From the NCBI RefSeq assembly GCF_964204645.1, contig NC_134032.1:1732416-1796415 (forward strand): a stretch of DNA of 64,000 bases, in the 5' to 3' direction. Source of the DNA: Tubulanus polymorphus (Eukaryota; Animalia; Nemertea). Numbering within the stretch: position 1 is the first letter of the stretch; each line of letters begins with the position of its first letter. The translations under genes were made by a program, and so were the position numbers. The notes below the pieces were generated by a model. The model was not told the DNA's origin, made no database searches, and was given only the letters and a program-made list of their open reading frames with translations. This document shows positions 23,934-35,802 of the stretch, piece after piece.

Positions 23934-25412
23934 ATGAAGGCAGATTTGTTACGTGAGGAATTACGTTTCTTTATCGTGACGTCATGGCCGATTGTAGTTA
24001 TCCCAGTTTTAACCGATTTGCCTATTTTAGCGTGTACTATAATAGTTGCGCAATCCGATCTGATTTCGCAAGCCGCCTTTTCTTTGGTATGTTCGTTTTT
24101 CGGCGTGGTGTACGCGTTGGGTATGGGTATGTCGACCGGTATAGAAGGATTATTCTCGCAAGCTTTCGGCGCCAAAAACTATCGTTATTTGCGCTTGTTG
24201 CTGCAGAGAGGATTGTTGATACTGATTTGTAGCGGTTTATTGTTGCTGCCACTAAACTTCACTGCCGACAAGATATTCATACTTTTCGGACAAAATGCGA
24301 CCGTCGCCGAAGAAGCTGGACGGATGCTGATGGTGATGTCACCTGATAACATTTTTGTATTTGCGAATGATATTCTTACGCGTTTTTTAATGTCTCAGGA
24401 TATTGTTTTACCGGTCGTTATTGTAACACTCGTCAACAACGTCATCACCGCAGTAATCTGTTACGTCACGGTTATCGTGCTACGTCTGGCCAGTCTAGGG
24501 GCGGCCATTTCATTACTTGTATCTTTTTTCATCGGTGCGGTTTCCATGGCTGTTGGATCTTCTCTGGTTAATAAGGACACTATCGCTTTATACAGAATTA
24601 ATACGGATATATTTAGGAATCTATGGGAGGTCGCTAGTATGGCTATCGGGTCAACAGTATCGACATTGTCCGTCGATATAGCCTTGACAATCGGTGTCTT
24701 CTTGACCGGTACTTTCGGAGTGGTCGAACTTGTAGTATTGAGCGTCACATTACAAGTGTTTCTATTCAACCTCAACATATTTTGGGGAATATCCGAAGCG
24801 TGTTGTATGCGAGTCGGTTTCCTGTTATCATCCAGGGACGGTCGCGCGGCCAAACGAGCTTTGTTCTTTTATCAAGTCATCGCGTTGATGGTCGCTGCAG
24901 TTTTCGGCGTGTTAATCTGTTCGCTTCACGCCGTTTTAGCTCGGGGATTCGCTAGCGATAGAGCGGTCGAAGCTAAACTGAAATTCACGTTACTGTACAT
25001 AGGAGCAACTTTACCTCTATTTGCTGTGGATGTTATATTCAATGCCGCAATTCGAGGATGCGCTAAAATAACCCTAATTTCAATAACGTGTTTCTCGTCT
25101 TTAACAATAGGAACATCGTTAGGTTTGATTCTATTATATTTCACTCGGTTAGGCGCTATGAGTATAATAATAGGATACCAGAGTTCGTGCGTGTTAAATG
25201 CGGTCATATTCGTTCCGTACGCCTTATTCGTCTTAGATTGGGACGAACAATCTAAACTAGCGCGTCACAGAACTGCAGACGATCTGAAGTTAATTCATGA
25301 CGGAACCGGAAATGGAGAATTGGATTACAGCACGTTTGATCTAACACCTACCGCCACCTCGAGGCGAGATTCATCATCAAAAATAGAAAACGAATCGGAA
25401 ACTTTAAAATGA
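23934..25412 (+). CDS. Intronless MATE (SLC47-like) transporter, copy 2
   Basis: Inverted close paralogue of 21046-22539 with the same motifs. Confidence 0.92.
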   Translation: MKADLLREELRFFIVTSWPIVVIPVLTDLPILACTIIVAQSDLISQAAFSLVCSFFGVVYALGMGMSTGIEGLFSQAFGAKNYRYLRLLLQRGLLILICSGLLLLPLNFTADKIFILFGQNATVAEEAGRMLMVMSPDNIFVFANDILTRFLMSQDIVLPVVIVTLVNNVITAVICYVTVIVLRLASLGAAISLLVSFFIGAVSMAVGSSLVNKDTIALYRINTDIFRNLWEVASMAIGSTVSTLSVDIALTIGVFLTGTFGVVELVVLSVTLQVFLFNLNIFWGISEACCMRVGFLLSSRDGRAAKRALFFYQVIALMVAAVFGVLICSLHAVLARGFASDRAVEAKLKFTLLYIGATLPLFAVDVIFNAAIRGCAKITLISITCFSSLTIGTSLGLILLYFTRLGAMSIIIGYQSSCVLNAVIFVPYALFVLDWDEQSKLARHRTADDLKLIHDGTGNGELDYSTFDLTPTATSRRDSSSKIENESETLK

Positions 25413-26580
25413 TTCAAAATGATTTAAACGAGAAATATATAATAATCACATTCTTTTATATGTTAAGTTTATTTGCTGTCATATTTCGTACTATTTCCTA
25501 GTAAAATTAATTTTCAATAACCTTTTTCTCCAGGAAATTATGTTCGGCAATTTTCCACACAAAATGATTTCTGAAATCAGTATTGTACAGACAGCTAATC
25601 TTAATTGTTCACCGAATACATTTTACCCGCAACTCGGATTCATGTTTTAATCCTCTCGTACGAATTTCGTCACTCATATTTGTTATGATGTGGCGTATGA
25701 ATGCGCGACGGATTGAAATTTAAGAGGATTTTAAACACACCTTTACACGGACCAGAATATAACACACGTTTTCGATTCCATAATTACCTATGTATAAACG
25801 ATGAATAAAGCAGGTAGATCTATGTTAAACTGACTGAGACTTAGTGCTGATACCGCATATACCATGCATACTCGGCTATTCATTCATCTTTCGCATTCAT
25901 AATCGGGTGTATCATCAATATGACGCTTTTTCGAAAATGACGAATATTTTTCTCGACTAGCCTCGTATTTACGTAATTACGGAGATTCGAACACAGTGAA
26001 CGATGAATATCTTTTGCTCGTGGGGAATGAAATTAAAATCGTTTCGTTCGAACACGATACATTTTTTTTTTCGAGGGAACGGTCTTACGATCGGCCCATG
26101 TTATCATACAGATTCTGGAATAGGTATTCGAACCGGCTGAGAATATATACCGCGTGCCAAATATCAAATATCAAACCAAATGTAGTTGATTTGTATTTCG
26201 ACTGAGCAATCCCTCGCGTTAATTGAGCCGTCCAGTAATGTAACAAGGAAAAAAAAACATGGGGAAAATTCACCAAGTTATTCTCGAAGGATTTTATACA
26301 TTTTGCCACCTGGGCATAAAATAAGTGATAAAAATCTTTTCATTACGTCTTTTATATCTGTTGTCTTACGTTTTGATATATTTTCATTGCCGCAATAGCT
26401 ATAGATTTTACCAGCTGGACGTAAATCAAAATTATCGTCAAAACCCTGATTATATTTTGTCTCTCCTTTTTGCATTGACGTGATTTCATAAGGAAAATTT
26501 CATATTTCTACAGCGAGCAAGTCACATCGATGCACATTTGTTGCAAAACGGTATAATAGGTAAAAAAAAAAAACGATAAA

Positions 26581-27100
26581 TAAGGTCAAATAAAACGGTA
26601 AATTAGGTCAAATAAAACGGTAAATTAGGTCAAATAAAACGGTAAATTAGGTCAAATAAAACGGTAAATTAGGTCAAATAAAACGGTAAATTAGGTCAAA
26701 TTAAACGGTAAATTAGGTCAAATAAAACGGTAAATTAGGTCAAATGAAACGGTAATTTAGGTCAAATAAAACGGTAAATTAGGTCAAATGAAACGGTAAT
26801 TTAGGTCAAATAAAACGGTAAATTAGGTCAAATGAAACGGTAATTTAGGTCAAATAAAACGGTAAATTAGGTCAAATTAAACGGTAAATTAGGTCAAATA
26901 AAACGGTAAATTAGGTCAAATGAAACGGTAATTTAGGTCAAATAAAACGGTAAATTAGGTCAAATTAAACGGTAAATTAGGTCAAATAAAACGGTAAATT
27001 AGGTCAAATGAAACGGTAATTTAGGTCAAATAAAACGGTAAATTAGGTCAAATTAAACGGTAAATTGGGTCAAATAAGACGGTAATTTAGGTCAAATAAA
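26581..27100. repeat. 22-bp minisatellite (AGGTCAAATAAAACGGTAAATT)n, about 24 copies
   Basis: AGGTCA recurs at 26583, 26605, 26627 and onward. Confidence 0.95.
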
Positions 27101-27484
27101 TTCCACATACATTGTACAATAATTCTATAGTTGAAATCATTGAAGTTTAAATGTCGCCACAAAGGTCCAAGTTTAAAAGGTAGATCTGCCGATCCTGAAT
27201 TTATACTTGATTTTAACTAACGACTGTTGAACTGATCTCTTAACTCTAACTCATTTTAGATACCGGCCCCAGGTTTAAAACTGAAATGAGAAGGTCATTT
27301 TCTAATCCGTTGGTTTTTTTCTGATATTATCGGTTTGCACTAAATCTTGCGGGATGTTCACGTGAAGTATATGGTGCCGATAGAGAAATCGCCGGGTTGC
27401 TACCGTTGATAACGATTTTAACAACTACAGTTAATCAAGGATATCTCGATATAGAATCGATTATAGCAATAAAGTTACTTTACG

Positions 27485-27510
27485 ATTGGGACGGCTGATG
27501 TTCTATAAAT
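27485..27510 (+). promoter_or_regulatory. Candidate core promoter (ATTGG and TATAAAT) of the dermatopontin-PFT gene
   Basis: TATAAAT at 27504-27510, ~80 bp before the ATG at 27586 and the first donor at 27607. Confidence 0.5.
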
Positions 27511-27585
27511 ACCATGCATTTTACGGATCTCCTTAAACATACGTTATCTCTCGACGTCCACGTTGCGTTTGAGTCGAATTTTCCG

Positions 27586-29495
27586 ATGTCAAGAAGCTCA
27601 TTGAAGGTAACGTTTTCACAATGTTTCACTTTAAGATTGGTTTAATACATTCGTATTCGACGTTTTTACCGTTTAACGACTTTTATTGCGCTCTATTCAG
27701 ATGACCAACTTTACATTACTCGTGATTGTAACATCCTTGCTCGGGATCTGTCAGATTTCCAAGGCTTGGAAGAACGATTGGAACCGACTGCTTCATTTCA
27801 AATGTCCCGAAAATCAACACATTCAGTGGTTCAAAAGTCAACACGACACCGGTCGCGAAGATCGACAATTCGATATGAGCTGTCGACCGGGTTTCGTCGG
27901 GACGGATTGCGGTTGGACTGGTTACCTGAATAGGTGGAACGAAGTTGTCAACTTTGTGTGTCCGGATAACGGCGTAGTGACCGGGTTTTATGGTATCTAT
28001 AGCGATAGAGATGAGGACAGACGTTGGGAGTTGCGATGTTGCAAAGTAAGTTCAGCAGATTCGCGTCACAAATTTTGCATATATATTTTTGGAAAATCTT
28101 TTAAGATTCTGATTTAATATTTCTTTATTCTCGACACAGTTGGTGACCAAACCAGGACAATCGTGTTACTGGACTAACTGGCTGGCCACCTGGCACTATC
28201 CGGTTGATAACCGTTTCCCGCCTGGACAGGCAATGACCGGCATGTACAGTGTATACAATAACAGAAAAGAGTAAGTATAAATTTCTGTCCAATGAAATGA
28301 GAATTTGGTATTCAATGAAATATTTTTTTGTATTCAATACAAGATGATATTTTTTTTTGGTATTCAATGAAACATAATGTTTTTTCGGTATTCAATGAAA
28401 CATAGTGTTTTTTTTCGGTATTCAATGAAACATAATGTTTTTTTTCGGTATTCAATGAAACATAATGTTTTTTCGGTATTCAATGAAACATAATGTTTTT
28501 TCGGTATTCAATGAAACATAATGTTTTTTCGGTATTCAATGAAACATAATGTTTTTTCGGTATTCAATGAAACATAATGTTTTTTGGTATTCAATGAAAC
28601 ATACTGTTTTTTGGTATTCAATGAAACATAATGTTTTTTGTCTACATTGATTAAATATTTTTGGTGTTCAATACAAAATAATAATCTTCTTTTATTGGAA
28701 CACTATATACTTTATCAGTATCTATTCAACGAAAGATTATGTCTCTAATATTGATTGTATTTTCTATTTTCCAGTGATCGATTGTTCAAGTTCCGAATGT
28801 GTCTTTTCACTAACTGTAAAGCCGTCGGTATGAAAATTCTCGACCGACTGGAATCCACGTATACCGGCTCGCGAGTCGTCGGAATCGCTTCAACTCAGGG
28901 TTGTTCATACGGCCAAGAATTCATGCTGAATCTCGGCGGAACCGATAGCGTTGAAGAGACCTGTTCATTCACCACTACCAACGACAAATCATTCACTTTC
29001 GACACGGCCCTATCGGTCACGGCTGAAACTTCGGCGAAATTCCTCGGTACGGGTGGCTCCGTGTCGTTCGCAGTGTCTCAATCGTCGCGCAGGTCTACGA
29101 AATGGGGTAGCTCATACGAAAAAGCGACATCTATCGGCAGAGAGAGTTCGGCCTCGACTGACATGACATTCACTGGTCCGGGGGCCGGTTTGATTATGGC
29201 CGACGTCAGGGAGTACAGAATGAACGCCGACAATGTTAAGGTCGAATACGACGTTCGATGCGACGACGGAACCAGACGCCGACAACGTGACGTCATCGAT
29301 AATTTCAGCCTGAAAACGTATGGCGTCACGCATTTCTCCTCGTACACCGGCCAGTACACGCCGGGTCGCTGCTCGTGGTCGACTTATACCTGCACCAAAC
29401 AACTTAGGGGTAAGAAAGCGTCGAGTCCTGACCAAATTGTCAAAGATTTCAAGGCATGTTTTCGCGGTGGACGCGGTACCGTTACTAAGAAGTAG
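27586..29495 (+). CDS. Secreted dermatopontin/amebocyte aggregation factor domain fused to an aerolysin/ETX-MTX2-like beta-pore-forming domain (4 exons)
   Basis: Exons 27586-27606, 27701-28045, 28140-28270, 28775-29495 join in frame (alternative start 27701). Signal peptide; three dermatopontin repeats ending EDRQFDMSC, EDRRWELRCC, DDRLFKFRMC; Ser/Thr-rich domain with an amphipathic hairpin. Confidence 0.8.
28305..28640. repeat. ~28-bp intronic minisatellite (TATTCAATGAAACATAATGTTTTTTCGG)n
   Basis: About 11 copies within intron 3 of the dermatopontin-PFT gene. Confidence 0.9.
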
Positions 29496-29827
29496 GCACC
29501 CGTATCCTTATTATTTTCTGTGAAGAGGTGGAATTTTGTCTTGGACATTTTCCAAACTGTTCAAGATGTTTAACAACATGTATTATGGTATTTCACGAGT
29601 CACAGTGAATTATTGTACAAAGCATATTCATATTCAAATGTATTACATTATAGAATACGCGATAATAAACTAAAAGATTTGCGTCTGTGTCAGATTTCAG
29701 AGAATTGATTTTTTAATTTGATGCGAACAATAAATTGTGAGCTACGACGAATAAAACAATTGATTCAATCTTCATCACTCCATTGATACAATCAGTCAAC
29801 AACTTCAACAGTTTATTATCAAGAATC

Positions 29828-30802
29828 ATGAATGCTACTCGCACGCAAGTCGGCAGAACCTATAACAGTTACATAGTTCTCATGTCCTTAGTGAACAGAT
29901 CTGGAATCTATCGCACTTTGTCACTGGTCTTTCTCCCTGTCGTGTTCATGTTAGGAGCGTTCGGAAATTCGGCTACTTTCCTAATAATGATAAGTCGCAG
30001 ATTCCGCGGTTTATCTTACGCTAACTATCTGATCGTGTTGTCTGCTAGTGATTTTCTGGTCTGTATAAATTTTACGCTGATGCCCATTTTACAGTTTGTT
30101 CTCCTGCATCTAAACACTGGTGCTATATTTATCATGAATTCAGTTATCAGTTGCCAAATCTACGAATGTGTAATGGGGCTTGCAGCCATCAACAGTCCGT
30201 GGTTGATAGTAGCGATATCTCTAGAACGTGCGGCGGTTGTGCTCTTTCCGTTCACATCTCGTTTGATATGTACACCCAGATTCGCTAGGTTTGTTATATT
30301 GATAATTTCTGCAGTGAATGCACTGGTTCTATATCTCACACCTGTTTTATCGCTACATTTTACCGACCAGTTTCTTGGATGTTACATTAAATTATTCGAC
30401 CAAATCACAGTTTTCACAATAATCGTCATCCAATCTAATATTCTCCCGTTAGCTCTCATCATTACATCGAATTCTGTTATAATAATTCAGTTATTCAGAG
30501 GCTCGAAAATGATTTCGTCCGATCAGAAAACTACGAAATCAAAACGTACCACAATAATGCTGGTAACAGTTTCACTCGCATTTGCAATATTCGTACTCCC
30601 TTCCACAATAACTGCATTGTTACCAATCTCGCCGGAACAGAGGCAATTTCTATATGACATATTTGCACAGTTTTTAGTTTGTAACTATGTGGTGAATTTT
30701 TACATATACCTTTTACTGGGACGAGAAATTCGTGAATATTTCTGTATGAAAATCCGCTGCAGGAATTCACTCAAATTACGTGATGTCAACACAACTCTTT
30801 AG
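29828..30802 (+). CDS. Intronless class A GPCR, family A gene D (324 aa)
   Basis: Start at MNATRTQVGR chosen by homology to the paralogues; same family motifs. Confidence 0.9.
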   Translation: MNATRTQVGRTYNSYIVLMSLVNRSGIYRTLSLVFLPVVFMLGAFGNSATFLIMISRRFRGLSYANYLIVLSASDFLVCINFTLMPILQFVLLHLNTGAIFIMNSVISCQIYECVMGLAAINSPWLIVAISLERAAVVLFPFTSRLICTPRFARFVILIISAVNALVLYLTPVLSLHFTDQFLGCYIKLFDQITVFTIIVIQSNILPLALIITSNSVIIIQLFRGSKMISSDQKTTKSKRTTIMLVTVSLAFAIFVLPSTITALLPISPEQRQFLYDIFAQFLVCNYVVNFYIYLLLGREIREYFCMKIRCRNSLKLRDVNTTL

Positions 30803-30958
30803 GAACCGTGGTGTTTCGGCCGTTAAACTGCATATCCGAAAATCTCGGACATTACCTAAAACCTTCTTTTACAAAAAATGAAACGAAGAAATAAAAGAAA
30901 CCAAATATTTATCGTTATTAGTTCAATTCGTTTGCAATCTAATGTTTGCTATGATAAT

Positions 30959-32568
30959 TTATTCGTAAGTTTTATTTAGAACTACAATAAGACTTATGAT
31001 TTTGTACGTGCACTTTCCTTCGCTTTGAATTTCGTCCAGAAATGCGTTGAAACCTTGAAATTGTTCCGAGCCTAAATAATCCTTGCGAAAACAGGCGAAA
31101 ACGCAGCCACCTAAAATTGAAAGCAAACAAAAATCATCGTGATGAAAATCCAGACCTAATTTATATATCTTATTCAGCAGTGAAAACAATGTTTGGCCTG
31201 CTGCATGTTGTTTGTGTCTTGTCAAAACTATGCAGAGAAACATCTTTTATAATCTCACGTACCTTTTTTTACCATTCGTAAGATTTCCGAAAGCGCCTGG
31301 TACGGTATGTGACCGGGTACGACAGCTCCGCAAGTTACTGCGTGGTCATAAAAGCCTACAAGTGCGAACAGAGATATACGTATGATGAATTCCATCAAAT
31401 TACAATTTCGTGCAAACGTTCAATGTTCATGTTTTCTATATAATTATTTTTACCGGTTGGAATCGAGCATTGCTTTTCAACGGTGACGTATTCCGCGAAA
31501 CAGTTTTGATAAAGTCCTCCTTTCTGCTGGGCCTCTTTCCACAGCCCGGTCGACGGCTCGATGGCATCGAACCGTCCTGTGAATCCAGATTTTCTCAGCT
31601 GAAATAAAACGAATATTTACATGAAATTCTGATCATCATAAACTTTTAGCTGGTGTGATCAATGCTGAATGAGATCTGCCCGTTTCGATTCAAACAGAGT
31701 ATATTTCTGGAGAAAACACAGGGTTCGGGCTAGCAAACGAACCCCCTTATATTTTCAAAGCGCCCTTCATAGTCAGTGTCAACATATTTGGGTCACGATT
31801 TTTTCGAAATTTGAATACAATTTTCCTTTTTTGAAAATGAAAAGCAGTCCATTCTCAATTGATTTATTCAGATACCCTGGCACTTCTATCTTAGATCTGT
31901 CCTTGTTCATATAGTATATATAGCACCCATTTTCTCGGTGAAAAAGTGCCCCTCTTCTTGAAATAGAACTGCCCCTCAAAACCGTCTTATCTTGACATAT
32001 CATTTTCTTCGCACCAAGTGCTTTAACGATAAACATTTACGTGAAAAATATCAATAAATGCTTTCATGTCCAAGACATGTTGTCGCCAACGTCCATACTG
32101 ACTGAGATACATCGATAACTCTATTTCAAAACATTGATATACATAAATTAGTTGTTACCTCTGCTGCGACGAGACCAGTTCCGGCGCCGATATCGATAAT
32201 CGTGCAGTCTTTATTTTGCACGTGCTTATCGACAACTTGCGCTAAATTCTTCGGGGCAGCGTACGACACTTGTTTATCCTCCGTGCGAATATCCCGGTGA
32301 AATGATCCTCCCCGGCAGGGATTCGAACCTGATGAATGAGATCAACGTGGCGTGTGCCACAGTTCAAATCTCCAGTGATCTATTAAAACCATTTTCTCAA
32401 AAATTCAAAGAATTCAATAATAATCGTTTAGTAAGTTGTTCGTTAAACCTTGTCGTAGCTTGTCCATTGGTTGTAGATTTCCGTAAATTCTGCAGGATTG
32501 TCATTTTCGTGTAGCTGTTTCGTCACGAATTCGTACAGATTTGCGTCCTCGCATCGTGGGGCTGCCAT
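30959..32568 (-). pseudogene. METTL27/WBSCR27-like methyltransferase, inverted copy, probably decaying
   Basis: Same five exons as 38233-40162, but the intron-1 acceptor region is deleted (CACG|GAG instead of GCAG|GAG) and the last exon has a 30-bp in-frame deletion. Confidence 0.7.
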
Positions 32569-33352
32569 AGCGTCCGGAATGAGAGTGATGACGGCGTATT
32601 AAATAGGACCGAAGCCACTCGAGGTCGATTTATCATTTATAAATGATGGTCATTTGCTCCATCACACTTGAATAGTGTTTTATCAATCGTCATCATATGT
32701 ATATATATACGCAAACGTGATGTTCCCCGACATAAGAGTTACAACTATACAATACATTGTACCACAAGTCAGCCATTAGTGTCTACGGGTTTATAGTGCT
32801 TACGAAGCTGCTTAGTCTAAACCCTGTTACCAACTGGATTTCCTATTCATATTTACGAATGAAAATAATCATTCCAGTCTCTGCAGATTTACCCACAGTA
32901 GCCCTTACCGTATATATTACTGGTAAATTCTAAACATTCCTCACGCGCAATTTTCAGAAGTTACAAGTAAATCAACATTCACTACGCTTATTTAAAGATT
33001 TCTGTAGACCATTTTTTGAGAAAAAATAATAACCACGGCATCGGCATACATTAAACAAGGGGATTAAAATATCATTAACAGAAGGAGAATGACACTCGTC
33101 AAAATGTAAGACTAGCAGATTTGAACAATATCTTTTATGATAACACCTACTCCGCAAATTTACTAAAGTTAGCGAAATTTATATCCGCATGTTTATAATT
33201 TCTTATTATGTACTGTTCTGTGTTTTTGTTTGTATATATTTTGTTTCTTTATTGTGTTCATCCCTAGAATGAAAATGTTTACGTTACGGGTCAATAAAGT
33301 TATTTGAATGGTCATATTCGCTGAATGAATCAAAAAAACTAGAAATCGTGGG

Positions 33353-34306
33353 TTATTTGCCAGAATTTCTACCACAGCGGATTTTCATACAGAAATATTC
33401 ACGAATTTCTCGTCCCAGTAAGAGATATATGTAGAAATTAACGACGTAATTGCACAATTCGAACTGGGCGGAAATATCTATGAGAAAGTCTGCATGTTCC
33501 GGCGAGATCGGTAAAAATACGGCCAGAGAGTTTGGAAGTGTAAACATCGCAAATGCGAGTGAAACTGTTACGAGCATTATTGTCGTACGTTTTGATTTCG
33601 TAGTTTTCTGATCGGACGAAACCATTTTTGAACCTCTGAACAACTGAATTATTATAACAGTGTTTGATGTTATTATCAAAGTTAATGGTACAAGAAAAAC
33701 GTATATTACATACGTCGTAAAAAGTATCGTTTGGTCCGAAGAATTGTAGAAACATCCGAAATTATCAAAATATTTCATCGTTGCTAGCGGATGAACACCA
33801 ATTACGAATGCATTTATTGTGGAAATGAAAATGATGGCGCATCGGGCGAATCTCGGTGTACATATTAAACGAGATGTGAACGGGAAGAGAACAACCGCCG
33901 CGCGTTCTAGAGATATCGCTACTATCAACCACGCACTATTGGCGCCCATAAAATTTATCAAAACCTCGTAGATTTGACAACTGATCAGGGAATCCATCAA
34001 GAATATGCGACCGGTATTTAGACTAAAGAGAACCAACTGCAAAACGGGCATCAGCGCAAAACCGACACAGAACACGAAATCACTGAGAGACAAAGCGATC
34101 AGATAGTTAGCGTAAGATAAACTGCGGAATCTGCGACTGATCATTATCAGGAAAGTAGCCGAATTTCCAAAGGCTCCAAACAAAAACATGACAAGCAAAA
34201 TCATCAGTGACACGGTACGGTACATTCCAGATTTGTTCACCAATGACATGAGAACGATATAACTGCTGAAAGGTCGTCCGACGATGTGCATCACAGTAGA
34301 ATTCAT
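33353..34306 (-). CDS. Intronless class A GPCR, family A gene E (317 aa)
   Basis: Same family motifs. Confidence 0.92.
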   Translation of the reverse strand: MNSTVMHIVGRPFSSYIVLMSLVNKSGMYRTVSLMILLVMFLFGAFGNSATFLIMISRRFRSLSYANYLIALSLSDFVFCVGFALMPVLQLVLFSLNTGRIFLMDSLISCQIYEVLINFMGANSAWLIVAISLERAAVVLFPFTSRLICTPRFARCAIIFISTINAFVIGVHPLATMKYFDNFGCFYNSSDQTILFTTYVIYVFLVPLTLIITSNTVIIIQLFRGSKMVSSDQKTTKSKRTTIMLVTVSLAFAMFTLPNSLAVFLPISPEHADFLIDISAQFELCNYVVNFYIYLLLGREIREYFCMKIRCGRNSGK

Positions 34307-35099
34307 CTCGGTTCAACAATAGCACGCTATGAGTCACAAAATCTAATAGAATCTTTTAAGTGTTATATATCCTATTATGTATATTATTGTTTGCCTTCAA
34401 ATTCTAGTAAATCAAATTAGCATCCTACATCTAAATTCTCAGATTTCAATGTAAGATTGATCGATGAATATTGTGTCTACAGTTTGCACTGGCCGTATTT
34501 CCTCGTGTATTGATGAATTAATTTAATCGGTGTGGTTACAAAATGAAGACATGATTTTGATAGCTATTCACCATTCGCTAGAGATTCTGTAAAACTATTC
34601 ACCATATACAAAGAATTGACCATATTTAGTTCCGAACTGTTTGCATAAATTCGCTCGCGCACTCGGTGAATTGATTTGATACGAATAAAGTCTACTCATT
34701 CATGATAGCTTTTTACCGTTAAATTACTAAGAGAAATGAAGTTGAAGATTATGCACAAATGAATTATCAGAAATCTAACAAAATATATTCCGATTCATAT
34801 CCACTTTTTAGTTGATACGTTCGGAAAAAAACAGAAATTTGGTCCCTTCCAAAGAAAAAAAAATCATGAAAATTGTATCCGAATTTCGAAAAGTTTTGAC
34901 CCAACTCGACTTTTGACAATAAATTTGAAGGGCACAAAATTTGAAGATTTCAGGGGGTTCGACCGCTACCCCCGAACCCACACTCGGCACGGGCCTATTT
35001 TCCTATTACACTATTAAGTATCCTATAAAAAAAAACAGTTCAGATCATGCGCTCGTCTAAATAGAAGTGTCTTTAGCTGACTGACTTGAACTGCGAGCT

Positions 35100-35802
35100 C
35101 CATGAACGTGATGCATAACGGCAAAATGCTCTAGCACCAAAGGTGACCAAATTGAACAGGGGTTCACACGTTGATAAGCTGGACGGAGGTTTCGAGCAGG
35201 TTTATGTATATGTCCAAATGTTCAACATATGTATCAATACACTATAATAATATCAAAGTGAATGCCAATGAATATACTTGATTTACTTGTAGCTTCTGAA
35301 ATTTTGATCGAATGAATGACCTGACAAGTGGTTGTCCGGCTGTAACCCATCCCATGGCACGAATCGCGATCGATGCGTTTGTATTCGTGGAATACAGTCT
35401 GTTCAGTGGATGTGCAAACACAACTCTGCGCGGCCAATACGCACTGCAGACACCTCATCGATTTACACATCTGTCGCAGTTCCAGTGTGTATGTATTGGT
35501 GTATCCCGAACAGCTGTTTATTGTAGGCTGGCGATCTGCAGCGGTGAGGTCAACCCTTAACGTCTAACGTATACCGGTATTACGAACACCAACCCCAGCC
35601 GGTATGTATCTTTTTAAACATATCCTGCTGTCAACGTCGTGTATATACCTTTTTTAAACTCATAATGTAATCTTTAACCAATCTTTTTTTTTTGTATTTT
35701 GTCTATTTTGTCTCATACTATATACACCTTTGTTTACGTATGGCTATAATTGTTTTATTGTAGAATTTGTGTCAATAAAGATTGAATTGAAATGAATTGA
35801 AT
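35100..35802 (+). mobile_element. Degraded non-LTR retrotransposon 3' end
   Basis: AATAAA followed by an (ATTGA)n-type tail at ~35775-35802; upstream boundary uncertain. Confidence 0.35.

Noticed and set aside
21251-25207. Antisense ORFs overlapping both MATE genes
   Set aside because: Shadows of the sense ORFs, repeated only because the genes are paralogues.
21046-29495. Recent bacterial horizontal transfer of the MATE or PFT genes
   Set aside because: MATE motifs are eukaryotic-type and the PFT-like gene has spliceosomal introns and an animal dermatopontin domain. An ancient origin of the pore domain cannot be tested here.
29783-29827. N-terminal extension of GPCR D in the ORF track
   Set aside because: TTG start; paralogue alignment supports the ATG at 29828.
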